A stretch of DNA of 61,731 nucleotides, filler included, from Globobulimina sp. (lineage: Eukaryota), in NCBI GenBank assembly GCA_003354225.1. It is 26 parts of 26 records of this genome, joined end to end, with 100 filler letters (N's around TTAATTAATTAA, not from the genome) between each part and the next. Parts side by side here need not be neighbours in the genome. Positions count along the whole stretch, not along the records: positions 35,687 to 37,963 come from PIVH01007709.1; positions 38,064 to 40,340 come from PIVH01007710.1; positions 40,441 to 42,717 come from PIVH01007711.1; positions 42,818 to 45,094 come from PIVH01007712.1; positions 45,195 to 47,471 come from PIVH01007713.1; positions 47,572 to 49,848 come from PIVH01007714.1; 20 more parts are not named here. One strand, written 5' to 3'. The notes under the pieces were generated by a model. It saw only the letters and a list, made by a program, of their open reading frames with translations. It did no database searches and was not told where the DNA came from. Within the stretch, counting starts at the first letter, position 1; each line of letters starts with the position of its first letter. Of the stretch, positions 35,687 through 48,846 are shown one piece after another. Position numbers and translations under genes: made by a program.

Positions 35687-37953
35687 CTGTTGAGCCAATC
35701 AGAGTGCAGTATGGCATAAAATAATTGTATGGAGAGATAGAATGCGTTTTGTGTGGGATTTTCAAATGAGACATGGAAGAAATCCGTCAACGACACACAA
35801 AATATAATGGCATCACTATTTATGCAATACTCGCGGCCACAATATTTTTTCCTGATTTCCGGAGTGGTGGCGGGAAGGTCGAATATTTTTACTTTTGGTG
35901 CATGCGGGTCATTGAATTTAAATGTTTGCATTTTAGTGCAATAATTGCGATATAGTGATAAGTGTTGATTGGTTGCTTGGAAATGCGGACCGAATATTTT
36001 AGTGGAATTATACAGCCAATAATCCATATTTGAGGGGAAATAAAATAGATTATAATGTCTGTTGTATATCTGTTTAATTGCTGGTAAGTTCCATAATTTT
36101 TTGATTGATTCACCTAATTTTTTCATATCATTCCAAAACTGTGAAATTGTTATTTTTTCGCCATTTACCTCCACCAAAGTTGCTTCGTCTGGCAATTCAT
36201 CCATTTTATTATCACTGTCTATCTCTTGAATCTCATCTATTTCTATTGCGGTTGCTATGGTCGCCTGTTTTTCTTCAGTTTCTTTATTTTCCTCCATTGA
36301 TATTTTAATATCCTTATCATCATCGGCGTGTTTTTTAAGTTGTTGCATTAAATTTTCCTTTTTTTGCATAACACTGCTATCCCAATCAGTCATTTTCTTA
36401 ATTTTGCCATCAACGATATCTATTTTATACTGCAACTGTTTCTGTTTCGGAGTTAAACGGAGCTCCATAGCCTGATCATGGCCACTCTCATCATCTGAAT
36501 CATAATTACTTAATTTCGTAACTTTTATTTTATTTTGCAAGACAATTTCTAATTTTTTCATTGAAAACTCGCCATCATTCCTTTGTTTATGTGGATTCCA
36601 CCACAAATCACCAATTATTTCATATTCATGCTTGATTGGATTCATTTTGTCATTTAATTTCATTGCAAAATATGACGACATTATACCTGCTTTATGCCCA
36701 AACTCATTCCATTGTTTCTGTTTAATTTCATCTTTATTTGCATTGTTTGTTACAGTTTGAATATATTCATAATAAGCACCAAAATCTTCGATTAATTCTT
36801 CATTTAACAACTTACTGTCTTTTTTTTTATTTGTCCAATAGCCATTTTCTGTCAATTCACTGTCTTCGTCAAAATATTTTATTCTGCCGTCTCCAAATCC
36901 ATTGTTTCTATTTCTGTTATTTTGTAATTTCTCCCATTCCCTCTTTTTCACATAAAACGCGTCAAAATCAAACGGTTTATATGCCTCAAACTCATATTTT
37001 TTATGTTTATGATCAGCATCCATTGTTCCATTGAATTTATTCTTCCAATTATTGTTATTCAAGTGATCAAATTGATAGTTCCAAATATCAACACTGAATT
37101 CGTCATATTCATTCATTAACGATCCGGATCCAAACTCCTCAATATCCCAATTCACATTCTTTACTTTTAATTTATTGCTCTCCACATTCTCCATTGTCAA
37201 ATAACTCGCATCGTCTGATTCCATCACATTATGCACTTTTACTTTGTCCTCATTCTGAGGAATATTCTCATTATGTTTGGATTCCTGATCCTCTTTCAAT
37301 GTCTCAGTAGGTTCTATTATGTCTTTATTACGTTTATAAAAATTATCATCTTTATGCTGCTGCGAGTCATCGATATTAAACCGCTCCATAAATGCAGATG
37401 AATCAACATTCGATTGCAAGTTTTCAATCGCTAGTTTTTCCACACTCGATTCGAATGAAAACTGTTTCTTCTGCTCCTCCACAACTGGCAATTGGTGTGG
37501 TGTGGTGATGGATGATATGGGTTCGATGATAGGTTTACTGCGATCAGTTTTGTGTATTGGCGTTGCTGGTTTGTCAGGCGTATATTTGTCAAAATTATAT
37601 GGTATATACTTGGTGATTAATTGTATGGCATCTTTGATGGATTTGTTATTATAATCAATGTAATATAAATCATTTTGTGTTTTGTCATATAATTTCTCAG
37701 ATTCATTGATTAAAACAGCAATATATAACAAAGAATTGGAACGGATAATAGATTCACAATGCTTTAATTGCTGTTTATGATCATATTCTGGATCATTGAA
37801 TAATTGTTGTAAATTGAGATATAATGTCGACTTACCACTGCCTGATAAGCCAAATAAGCATACTTTCTCGTAATCCATTTCATTGTTTTCCATGTCATTT
37901 CGAAATCCTTGGAATACAATGTCTTCGTTCGGATCAATAAAACAATTACCCAT
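35687..37953 (-). CDS. Divergent, very large heterotrimeric G-protein alpha-like protein, 3'-partial
   Basis: MGNC, KVCLFGLSGSGKST, IKKLWNLPAIKQIY, KIFD(LPAT) and DAIIFCVSLTDF motifs, with a ~480-aa insertion in the helical domain. Confidence 0.85.
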
Positions 37954-38063
37954 TATTTATTACNNNNNNNNNNNNNNNNNNNNNNNNNNNNNNNNNNNNN
38001 NNNNNNNTTAATTAATTAANNNNNNNNNNNNNNNNNNNNNNNNNNNNNNNNNNNNNNNNNNNN

Positions 38064-38597
38064 AACGATTTGCAGGTCCATTTTATGCAAAGTATTCGCT
38101 TCAATGACCATATGGTATGCAATATGTTTATATTTATATTTTATAATTAGCAACAAATATTTGTCAGGCTATATCTCGCCATTTCAATTATTATATTCTC
38201 GTTTAGTTTGTATATGGTTGTAATGTTCAAATTGGTTTATATGTTTTTGATGGTATTTTCACTCCAATTTATCTGTTCGTGGCTCTTTCAGTTTATTGGA
38301 TTGTACGTCAGATTTAAAAGGCTATGGATCCGCGATCATAAAATGGTTTCTGGTAATCATAAGTGTTTCTATTACCTAACTTTCAAAGACTATGAAGAAT
38401 ACAGATATTCCAATAAATTAAATGCTTTATCTCGCTCTCCATCCACACAAAGTCCACAGTCGCAAAGTCCACCTGTTCATTATAAGAATGGATCTATCGA
38501 TGATAACCCGTTATTGTTGCAAATGGAGCAAGATATGGAAATAGAAAATGATATCGCTATTCATAGAGAATCAGTAGAATATCGATTATCATTTTGA
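38064..38597 (+). CDS. C-terminal part of a multi-TM protein
   Basis: Hydrophobic helices followed by a polar tail; 5' part missing or spliced. Confidence 0.45.
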
Positions 38598-38878
38598 TTC
38601 TAAATTATTTGCGTTTGTATTAAATCCATCTCAATACTGGTCACTATCAATTATTTGCTCACTTTTCTTTTTTTTATTATTAGTTTTATTGTTTTTCCCT
38701 CTTCTACGTTTTTATGGAATTTTTGTTGTTGTTTTTTGTTTTGATTAGCAAATTGTTGTACTGTATATGTGATAATCAATCCTTAATTGAATGTAAAAAT
38801 TAGACGTTGCGTATTGAGTGCAAGGAGATAGTTTGTAGTAAACGTTTCCAGTCAGCAACGTATTGATAACTGTGAAAA

Positions 38879-40294
38879 ATGCTTGGCGCAATGACTGCTG
38901 CCTTCACAGATCACAATACAATATATTGGCTCATTTATGAAGTAATGTTAATTGTATTTTTCATTTTGTTTGTCTGGATCTATCATATTGGAAGAAAAGA
39001 ATATAGACCCTACACTCATCAACGATTTGAGCAATTACGCATTGCATGTGTTGTTTCATTATTATTTAACATCATTTGGACACTACAATTTGTATTTAAA
39101 CATACCAAAATAGTATCGCTCATATTTGGTTTTTTATCAGATACGATGTTTGCACTTATAATCTGCAGTATTTCTGCACATATAATATCAAATTATTTTA
39201 GCTTAAAATCTGAACATACACCACGTTTTTATGGGTATTTTTTATACTCATGGTGTTTAATGACATTTTTGACAATAATCGGTCAATTATTGTCCTATTC
39301 ATTGGATACAACATTTGTGAACGATTTATATCTGTATTGTATTTATGTAGATACTGCATTTAATATATCTTTTTTTGTGTTATTGATGATCTTTATCACG
39401 TTATTTGCTTCATGGATATTGAGACATTATCATAGAATCAATTGGATGAAACATACAGATTCCCCAAAATGGGCAGGGTCAGAGTCTGATGTATCAACCG
39501 GCGGAGTTGAGTACCTTTTTAATTCTACACTTTGCCTGAAATCGAAATAATTATTGAAATGTACGCAACAGGAAAATGATGCGACTGCACAAAGATTTTT
39601 ACTGCGTCTTATTGTTTTGTTATGTGGATTTGGCACATATTTTGGATTAATATTGGCGTCAAATATGTACGCGATACATATCTCACATACGGATGAATAT
39701 GGCCCCTATCACATATTAGTTCATTTTGTATGCGAGAAATTGATATTATTCCTCTCATTTTTAATGTATTTATTGCCGCGGCCAGATAATTATTTATCAG
39801 TGAATCCAAATATATTGAACTCGTTGAATATAACTTTAAATATAGACTCAAACAGACAAAAAAAATCGACATTTAAGGATCCAAATGCCAGCGATAAATG
39901 GGACTATCATGCGGGACATTCGGTGGATACCAGTTATAGAGATGACAGCGGATTGATTGATTACAGTAAAGACGAGACATGGGACAATGAGTCAAATGTT
40001 AGTTATACGACTTTGATGTTCAGAAAGGAACAGCAACAGAAACAAATATTGGCGGCACGGACACCGAGAGCACAACATTGGTTATCCGGATTGTCTTTTT
40101 TTTCCCCTTCATCGGGATTTCATAGTAAGGATAAGAGTGATGATCGGTTAATATCTGTTCCTACCAAAAAAAGCAAAGCAAAGAAATCCTCCAGAATTAA
40201 AAAACAAAGATTTTTATCTCAAGCACAACAAATTGGTGATAGTGTTGATGAAGAATCACAATCTATTCGCTCAATGGTTTCTAATGAAACATAA
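38879..40294 (+). CDS. 7-TM (GPCR-like) membrane protein; intron 39506-39571
   Basis: Five helices in exon 1 and two in exon 2, joined by a phase-0 GT-AG intron. Long Ser/Lys-rich cytoplasmic tail. Confidence 0.65.
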
Positions 40295-40440
40295 AAATAG
40301 ATTCTGTGTTCGTTTCATAGGTATCTCTATTACAGCGTTTNNNNNNNNNNNNNNNNNNNNNNNNNNNNNNNNNNNNNNNNNNNNTTAATTAATTAANNNN
40401 NNNNNNNNNNNNNNNNNNNNNNNNNNNNNNNNNNNNNNNN

Positions 40441-40559
40441 ATGAAAATAAATTGGATTCAATGATTAGTGATGGACAAATACAGCAAATTAAAACATTAT
40501 TTCCATCAAAAAAGAATAAAGGTTCGGGTGGAACGAAAGGCGGAATAATTTTAATTAAA
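40441..40559. repeat. 119-bp terminal direct repeat identical to 42599-42717
   Basis: The first and last 119 nt of the contig match. Confidence 0.95.
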
Positions 40560-40754
40560 ATAGTGTAAGAGTCTCGACGACGAAACAGAAATCATATTTG
40601 GGACAATCTAAAATCGACCCTTCCCGATTTACTTTTTTCAAGAATCGACATTTCTTGAAACAGTCTAAAAAGCAATGGATATTGATTTGGAATCATACAA
40701 AGAAGAAAAATGGGAAGGAAAATAGGTTAATAAAAAAATGGGAAGGAAAATAAT

Positions 40755-40932
40755 GAAAATAGGAGAAGGTGGTGGATGCATTGAGGAGAATGAGTTGATT
40801 GAATTGGTCTGGATTCCAGTTAAAAAATCAAGGAAATTTGTTTTAGAGTCTGATGATATTCCACCTGGATTAAAATTTGCGGTGTTTTGGTTTTATTATC
40901 AATACCCGCAATTTTGTAAAGATATGGAGTGA
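40755..40932 (+). pseudogene. C-terminal fragment of a NUDT14-like Nudix hydrolase
   Basis: KIGEGGGCIEENELIELVWIP...GLKFAVFWF. The 5' part is replaced by repeat sequence (40713-40740). Confidence 0.6.
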
Positions 40933-41046
40933 TTTTGTTGTCTGTTTCAAAGGCGGTTGCTGTTGGTTCAATTTTCAGAAAAAATATTAATTTCAGGAAA
41001 AATCTTGCTCTTTTCGCTTAATTTTACTCTGCCAACCAATCATTCA

Positions 41047-42717
41047 ATGGGCAACGAACCGTCTGACCAATCCGAGCAGTTTGCTGTCAATGATGATGTT
41101 TTAGATATGGATCAAAATTTCACCGACTGGACAACAGATGACATAATAAAATGGATAGGAACATTAAATGGTGATTTTGCCAAAAAATATTCTAATCAAT
41201 TTATAAAACAAAAAATAACAGGCAAACATTTTACCACTGCCCAACTTGGAAACGTTAAATGGTGCACAAAAAAATTATTTGTTATGAATTCAAAAACAGC
41301 AGAAACATTTGCAAATATTGTTTGTCAACGAATTGAAAATTATGAAAAATCATTAAAAGTGATAATTGCTACTAAAGACACGCGTCGATATTCTGAATCA
41401 GATCATGCCTCAATATCAGAGTCGAATTCGTCAGCCGCAGCCCAGGAACATCAAAAACGATATGAACGTCAACGCAGAGCCAGCTGCGCGAGTGATATTA
41501 TGTGTGCGAGTGATTCAGAGGAATCAGACTGTATAGGTTTTAGTGTCGGAGGTGGCGCAAAAGATATTAATAATTTTATTCAAAATGTGAGACAAAATCG
41601 AATGCCTCCTTTGACCTCAATTACTTATCAAGGCACATTTTACCAATATTTATTTGACACAAAAACAAACAAAAGAAAGTGTATTGATGTGGTAGACGCT
41701 GCAGACGATGAAAAAAAAGAAAACAAGCAAACCAAGGCCGATTCGCCATTATTTTATCCAACTTATTGTTATTCGAAAGCATTTATTCCAGCTTTCTTAA
41801 AAGAAAACGATTCTGAGCAATATGCGTATTATATGACCATAGGTTTGAACAGCACGATAAAGCAAAGTGATTTTAAACGAAAGAAATTGAATTTGTGTAT
41901 AATTTTAGATAAATCCGGCTCAATGCAGAGCTCCTTCAGTGGCTCATATAATTATGACTCAAATTCGCAGAATTCTAAAATGAAAGTTGCGGAAAAATCG
42001 GTGATTGCTTTGTTGACACATTTAACGGAGGAGGACAGATTTGGTTTAATTTCATTTGATACGAACGCATATATTCATCAACCCATTGATTTTATGAGTA
42101 ATATTAAAATCGATGCATTGAAACAAAACATAATGGAAATCAAAGCCGAGAATGGCACAAACTTCGAAGTTGGCTTTAAAAAAGCATTGGATTTATACTC
42201 TCAATTATTTTCCACAATTTCTGATGCGGAATCTGGTGCTCATTCGGGTGAGTATGAAAATCGTATAATTATTCTAACGGATGCTTGTCCCAATTCAGGT
42301 ATGACGGACTCCAACAGCTTATTGAATATGGTCGAGAAATGTGCAGAAGAAGTGCAGTGTGCACAAAATAGAATTTATACCACATTTATTGGAGTTGGGC
42401 TTGACTTTAATACCTCATTAATTGAAGAGATTAGCACTGTTCGTGGGTCAAATTATTACTCTGTTCATTCAAATGTAGAATTTGAAGAGAAAATGGATGA
42501 AGAATTTGAATATATGGTAACTCCGTTGGTTTTTAATTTGAGTTTAAAGTTGAAGGCTGAGGGCAATTCGTGTACAATTGATAATGTTTATGGGTGTAAT
42601 GAAAATAAATTGGATTCAATGATTAGTGATGGACAAATACAGCAAATTAAAACATTATTTCCATCAAAAAAGAATAAAGGTTCGGGTGGAACGAAAGGCG
42701 GAATAATTTTAATTAAA
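41047..42717 (+). CDS. SAM-like + VWA-domain protein, 3'-partial
   Basis: MGN start, SAM-like WTTDDIIKWI...ITGKHF, GFSVGGGAKDINNF, MIDAS LDKSGSM, GTNF, ILTDA and TFIGVGLDFN. Confidence 0.85.
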
Positions 42718-42817
42718 NNNNNNNNNNNNNNNNNNNNNNNNNNNNNNNNNNNNNNNNNNNNTTAATTAATTAANNNNNNNNNNNNNNNNNNNNNNNNNNN
42801 NNNNNNNNNNNNNNNNN

Positions 42818-43368
42818 AATACAGACGGCATGGAATCAATTATATTTGAGCCAAATTTGAAAGTTCTTCGACTCTCTACCACTGATAACACCGCATTTGA
42901 AAGTGCCCGCAAATGGTTTCGTTCAATTAACTGAGTGGTATACACCAATAACGGTTTTAAGTGTTTCTCATTTCTTGATATTTTCTTCTTTCTGTAGCCT
43001 AATTTACCAAATTCTAATCCTTGAATTTCAACCTCGAGAAAGTGTAAATAGTTTTTGAGCATTCCAATTCCGAAATATTTTGTACCTGTTTGGGTTTGGC
43101 TGTTATTTCTCTTCGCAAATGTCACGGAATAAAAGAATCGTATTTCGTCGCATTTGGTTAATATTTTGCATTGTTTTACAAACTCTGAAATAATCTGTAA
43201 AGTGCGTGTAGTGTGTTAATTGGCACAGAAGTGTTATAAGAATAAAAAGAAGCACGTAACATCACAATTTGAACTTGAATTACTGTCAGAAACCTTCCTG
43301 ATACATGCGGATGCTTCTTCGAGTTTAGCTAATTCCCGTTTTCCTTCCAAAGCAAAGCAATTTCCCAT
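42818..43368 (-). CDS. Hypothetical protein with MGNC start, 3'-partial; intron 43195-43260
   Basis: A phase-0 GT-AG intron joins MGNCFALEG...NCD to IISEFVKQC...VTFAKR in frame. Confidence 0.6.
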
Positions 43369-43800
43369 TAGTCCGATCGAGATTTCTTTACTGAATTATT
43401 TTAATTTACTCTCACTATTTTTATCAATTCTGAAATATTTTTAGTTTTTGCACAATAATTATGAAATGCAACTGATTCCTCCAGCTGCAAATCTTAAAAC
43501 AAATATGCTGTGTTTTTCATATTAAAATCCGGCAACTCCCAAATGAAATGTACTATATAGATATATGTGCATATGGTGCTCCCATTAAACTTTAGCATGG
43601 TTTTTCGAGATCGAAGTCCAAAAACTGTTAAACATCCACTCAACCTCACTCATATTCATGTCATCTGCCCTGGATTCTATTGACAACTTGATCCATTCAA
43701 TTGATAATAACGTATGGTGTCTTGTATATGGATTTGATTTGCTATGCATTTCCGCCAATATATGTTTTAGGACGATTGCAAAACAGAAAAAAATCAAAGA

Positions 43801-44478
43801 ATGAGATCGCGTGGAGCTTTTATTGTATTTGAAGGGATCGATAGGTGCGGAAAATCGAGTCAATGCACAAAAATATTAAATTATTTAAATGCAAACAATG
43901 CTCGCAATAAATTTTATAGATTTCCAAATCGTGACTCATTGACTGGTAAAATAATAAATGATTATTTAACGAATAAAATTGCAGTGTTGGATGATCGATG
44001 CATTCACTTATTATTCGCAGCAAATAGACATGAATCAAAAGCAGAAATTCTAAATGATTTAAACAGTGGAATAAATATAATTTGTGACAGATATTCGTAC
44101 TCTGGAATTGCATATTCATCCTCAAAAAACATAAAGGACAAAATGAGTATAAAATGGTGTACGAGCTCGGAATATGGATTACCAAAACCGGATTGTGTTA
44201 TTTTCTTAGATTTATCAGTAAATTGTGCGCAAAAAAGAGGTAATTATGGCGAGGAAAGATATGAAAAAATTGAATTTCAAAAGAATGTTAAGTCTGCATT
44301 TGATCAAATTATTGAAAATGAAACAAAAAATAATAAATTTACACAATGGTGCATTGTTGATGCAAATAATAATATTGATACTGTTCATAAACAAGTTGTC
44401 GAGATTGTTGGTAACACGATCAAGGCATTAAATGATGAATCAAACACCAAACAAATTGAGTTATACAAAGAACAGTAG
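43801..44478 (+). CDS. DTYMK: Thymidylate kinase
   Basis: RGAFIVFEGIDRCGKSSQ, HLLFAANR, CDRYSYSGIAYS, GLPKPD and YGEERYE. Confidence 0.97.
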   Translation: MRSRGAFIVFEGIDRCGKSSQCTKILNYLNANNARNKFYRFPNRDSLTGKIINDYLTNKIAVLDDRCIHLLFAANRHESKAEILNDLNSGINIICDRYSYSGIAYSSSKNIKDKMSIKWCTSSEYGLPKPDCVIFLDLSVNCAQKRGNYGEERYEKIEFQKNVKSAFDQIIENETKNNKFTQWCIVDANNNIDTVHKQVVEIVGNTIKALNDESNTKQIELYKEQ

Positions 44479-44520
44479 CTTCAACACGTGATCAGATCAT
44501 ACTAACTTTTATACATTTAT

Positions 44521-44715
44521 TTAATCGTAGTTGAGCCACTCGTTAAGCGATGGATTTAATTTGTACTCTGTCCAATCTTTGGTTTGGTATAGGTTTAGCA
44601 TTGCTAACTTAGCTAATAAGTCCGCTAAGTCATTGCCTGGCTCCCCAGTATGGGAATTTTTCCATGAAATATGTACTTTAATGTTGCTTTGGATACTGAT
44701 ATTAAATATAACAAA
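44521..44715 (-). pseudogene. RNase HI C-terminal fragment (retroelement-type); not in the ORF track
   Basis: Manual translation gives VHISWKNSHTGEPGNDLADLLAKLA, with a stop immediately upstream in this frame. Confidence 0.7.
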
Positions 44716-45284
44716 AGTGTGTTAACAGAAAGACTACAAACACACCATTCTGCCTCTTCATATATATCTTTCTGATGCGCGCAGAACAATACCTGGCTGG
44801 ACCTGAACTGCAACCACTTTTTATTCTTTTTCTTTTTATTTTTTTTTCGTATACAATTAATGTGCTTGTGTTCTTAAGCTCAGCTGCGTTGATTAACTGC
44901 TCTTTAATAGCAGACATTTGAGAGCTTCTTTTTGTCAGTTTCAGTTTGATTGCTGAAAAGATTTTACCAGCTTTAACAGAAAATGAACCATCCTCTCAGG
45001 AAAAGACGATCCCAATTATTAGTAAGTGGATACGTTAGAAACTGCAGCACCCACTACATCCATACAGATATTATTAGTGTCATTCATGCGTTCCNNNNNN
45101 NNNNNNNNNNNNNNNNNNNNNNNNNNNNNNNNNNNNNNTTAATTAATTAANNNNNNNNNNNNNNNNNNNNNNNNNNNNNNNNNNNNNNNNNNNNAAAACA
45201 CTTTTTTTTTTGGGTTGGTTGAATAAAATGTAATGTTAAAAAACAACTATAAACCAGTAATGTTTTTTAAGTAGAAGCATTTAT

Positions 45285-46500
45285 TCAAGTTTCACAATTC
45301 TGTACGTCTTTGTCAACAATATTGTCAACCTGAAGAGAATATTGTTGATCAGTCAGCAACTTTTGATTAGTTTTCCACTTTTTTTCAATTATTTTGGCTT
45401 TCCTTAAAGCCTTCATATACAATGAACATCCAATACCAACCACAATAAATCCAAATAACCTCAGCCATGACCATCCATTCCATCCTTCCCCATATAATTC
45501 ATTTACTGCATAATAAGTAACCAATGACATAATCCATGTTAACGACGGATACATTTGTTCATATATCTTACGCGATAAACTCGACGATAACATTGTTGTT
45601 TTCATTTGCATGGTCTCTTTGCCATAAATCGCAATCAAAAACAATATAAAACAAACAATTATCGCATATCCTTTGTTCGAATCAAATATATAATTCCTAG
45701 CCTCACTCAACCGGTTCTGCGTTAAATCACTGTCTTTATGAAATGGGTCAATAAGCAACAAATACACAGCAAACAGTACCAATATTACTGAAGCAATGAT
45801 ACTCTCCATTCCCACCACAAAATCACTGTGGAAATTCAAGTCCTGCATAATATAACAACAAAATATGATGAATGACACATGAAATACAATTATTTGCCAT
45901 AACCTGCAATATTATTTCTTCTGTGCTGTTTCGGACTGCACCCAATATTGCTGCGGTTATTACAATTGTAAGACCAATACATGAATTTTGAAACTTATGA
46001 TTGTCGGTATGGTTATTTAGTAACTCCGCAGCTGACACAATGGCTAAGCCACAGATAGTGATTACAATGGAGATCCATTGCATTCGAATGACTATTTTTT
46101 TCAGAAAAATAATGCGTATAATTGCTAGAAACATGAGTTGTGAGCCATTTTTGAGTATGGAAATCAAGGCGGAGGGCAAGAAAATTAAGGCCAAATAACG
46201 TCCAGTGTCCACAAATAAATCCATTATGGCAGGAACGCATATTTTAAGGAATGATTTGAATGTTAATATTTTGAAAGATTCTCGTCCTGAAATTATTGCA
46301 AATCCACAAACCATAAATTGTCCCATTGTTATGATGACTGTTGCCCAATAATCTGCGTCTAAACTTGTTGTGCCATCATCGTTGCCTGGCAATAGCTGAT
46401 ATATTAATTTACCCAAAAAATCATTGGAAGACCCACTTATAAGCATTAATATGACGGAGGCTGTCAATAATTTGTTGTTTCTTGAACTGCTCTCTGCCAT
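45285..46500 (-). CDS. SLC35F6-like DMT-superfamily transporter; intron 45843-45903
   Basis: About 10 TM helices; VPAIMDL, EEIILQ|D, VVGMES and WLRLFGFIVV. Confidence 0.75.
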
Positions 46501-46591
46501 GGTGACGACTTGTATTATTGTTTAATTTTTTTGAAGTAATTTAGTCATTGATTAATTTATATCCTCCTGAATACACAACAATTTAATTGAG

Positions 46592-47471
46592 ATGAATGCA
46601 GTTGCAGCAATACCTGTTGCTATACGAAGATGCATTAATAATAATGTGGTTGGTCATAATATTATGTATTTATCATCTTTTCACATCCAAACTCGTCAAA
46701 TAAAACAACGGAAAAAAATAAACAAGAAAACAATGAAAATGAAATCAATCAAATCATCACCACCACCATTACTGAGACAGAATGAGATAGCAATAGATAC
46801 AGTGCCTGATTTAGCGATAATTGACGAAAAACATTCTATTTGGAATGAAACAATAAATAAATTGTTAGAAACGGATTATAACGATAGTTATAAAAATGTA
46901 TCTGATGTTCGATCAATTTGGAACGATATAAATGTAACAATATCGACAGAAATCCAACAATCAATGCAATTATCACAACGACATTTGAATTTTTCAGAAA
47001 TTTCAAATTTAATTCACAATATTTTAACAACGAATGTTTTTATAAATATGTTGCAATTATGTTCAAAATACGATGATATTGAATTAGTGTTAAACATTTA
47101 TGAATTTTTAATTTATCATAATATTCCATTGAATAATGATTCAATTATTATAATTTTAAACTGTTTGAATAGATTCAATGATAAATATGAACAGAACATA
47201 ATAAATATATTCAATAATTACATTGGTACATTCAATAAAAAAGCAACTGCAAACAAATCAAAACGGGATAAATTAAGAATGAACAGAAAGAGAAATAGAA
47301 TGGAATTACAAATACAAAATAAAAACGATATTTCGGATATTATACTTTCGGAGTTGGACGCTACTGAAACGCCGTCGGAGTTATTATTATTTCAGGATGA
47401 AACTGCTGAAAATATTGAGCTTAAAACACCAAATTTAATGTTATTAAACTGTGCATTGGATTGTTTTTCAA
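46592..47471 (+). CDS. Probable mitochondrial PPR-like protein, 3'-partial
   Basis: Basic targeting-like N-terminus; PPR-like VFINMLQLCSKYDDIELVLNIYEFL and PNLMLLNCALDCFS. Confidence 0.5.
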
Positions 47472-47571
47472 NNNNNNNNNNNNNNNNNNNNNNNNNNNNN
47501 NNNNNNNNNNNNNNNTTAATTAATTAANNNNNNNNNNNNNNNNNNNNNNNNNNNNNNNNNNNNNNNNNNNN

Positions 47572-48776
47572 ATTCTAAAATAATATTAATCCCCAAAGCT
47601 ATCGACATATTACTACTTACATTGCCCGACAACACAACATCCAATAACTTATTCAATGCAGTTTTATCATTATCGTTGCATCGATCCAGTCTGTAAAGTA
47701 TGGGTGGAATTAATATTCGATTATAAAAATCTGTCAATAAGCTGAAGAAAATTTGTCTTAAAACTATCGGTGAATAACCAGCCACACATTCTTCGTCGAC
47801 AATTTTCTCAAATAATTCCTGCATTGATTGGTATGGCGCAGCGGCGTTAAATTGAGCTTTACAGAAAACATCATCGCCGCACAAATTAACAAAGTTAATG
47901 CCAACAGCATTGGCATTCATGTCATAGTCAATGATTCTACACTGATCCGGCGGACACAATCCATCCAAAATGGCAGCATTTGATTGATTTGGAAATAAAT
48001 ATAAATAAGTATTTAAATAATATGTTCCATAGCTGATGCCATAAATTACTGTATCAGAGACTTGATACAATGTAAGATTTTCGATAAACAAATCAATGGC
48101 ATATCCTAGACACAAAAATTAAAAACAAAATGCAATATGAATGTTATGATGAATATGTACCTAAATCCATGCTCGCAGCATAGGTTGAAAAATAATGGAG
48201 GTCGTTGCCATATGTTTCATTAATAAAATCAACACAATTTGCCATGTTTGCTAATGAATCGGTTGGGCATTGGATAGGATTTGAATATCCAGTCCCTCGG
48301 TGATCAGGAATATATAAATCATATGTCGCGTCAATATAAGTTAACCATGGAACTGCTGTGAAATATAATTGTTGCCCATCGCCGCCTGGACCACCATTAA
48401 GTATCCAAAAAGCTCCATTTCCATTGGAGTTATCTGCATTGTTTGCTGCAAAAATATGTGCTAAATGATAGTCGATTGTGGCTGTTGATAATGGATCGTC
48501 CCAAGCCAATGGAACTTGCATTGTAATACATTTTGCTGTGAAATTATATGCATCATTTTTCATTGCCGGTAATCGGACTCTGGTGACTGTGCCAAATATT
48601 GTATCCAATTGAATTTCGGTCGCATCAGATGTTGGTGACCAGCCTGGACAATCAACCCAGCCGTCAGAGAGTTGAAGTACATTTTGTTGATGAACTTCTG
48701 TTTCCTTAAACCACGCAATATCTGATAGCACAATATCTGAACTCAGAGAGAGTAAAGGCAACAGCAACAGCAACAT
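47572..48776 (-). CDS. Secreted alpha/beta hydrolase (peptidase S33/TAP-like), 3'-partial; intron 48106-48160
   Basis: Signal peptide, NGGPGG, PDHRGTGYS and nucleophile motif YGISYGT. Confidence 0.85.
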
Positions 48777-48846
48777 GGTCTGAATTAATATTAATGTTTT
48801 TTGTTTTGCATGTTTTTATCAACAACGAAAAATCACAAAAGTAACC

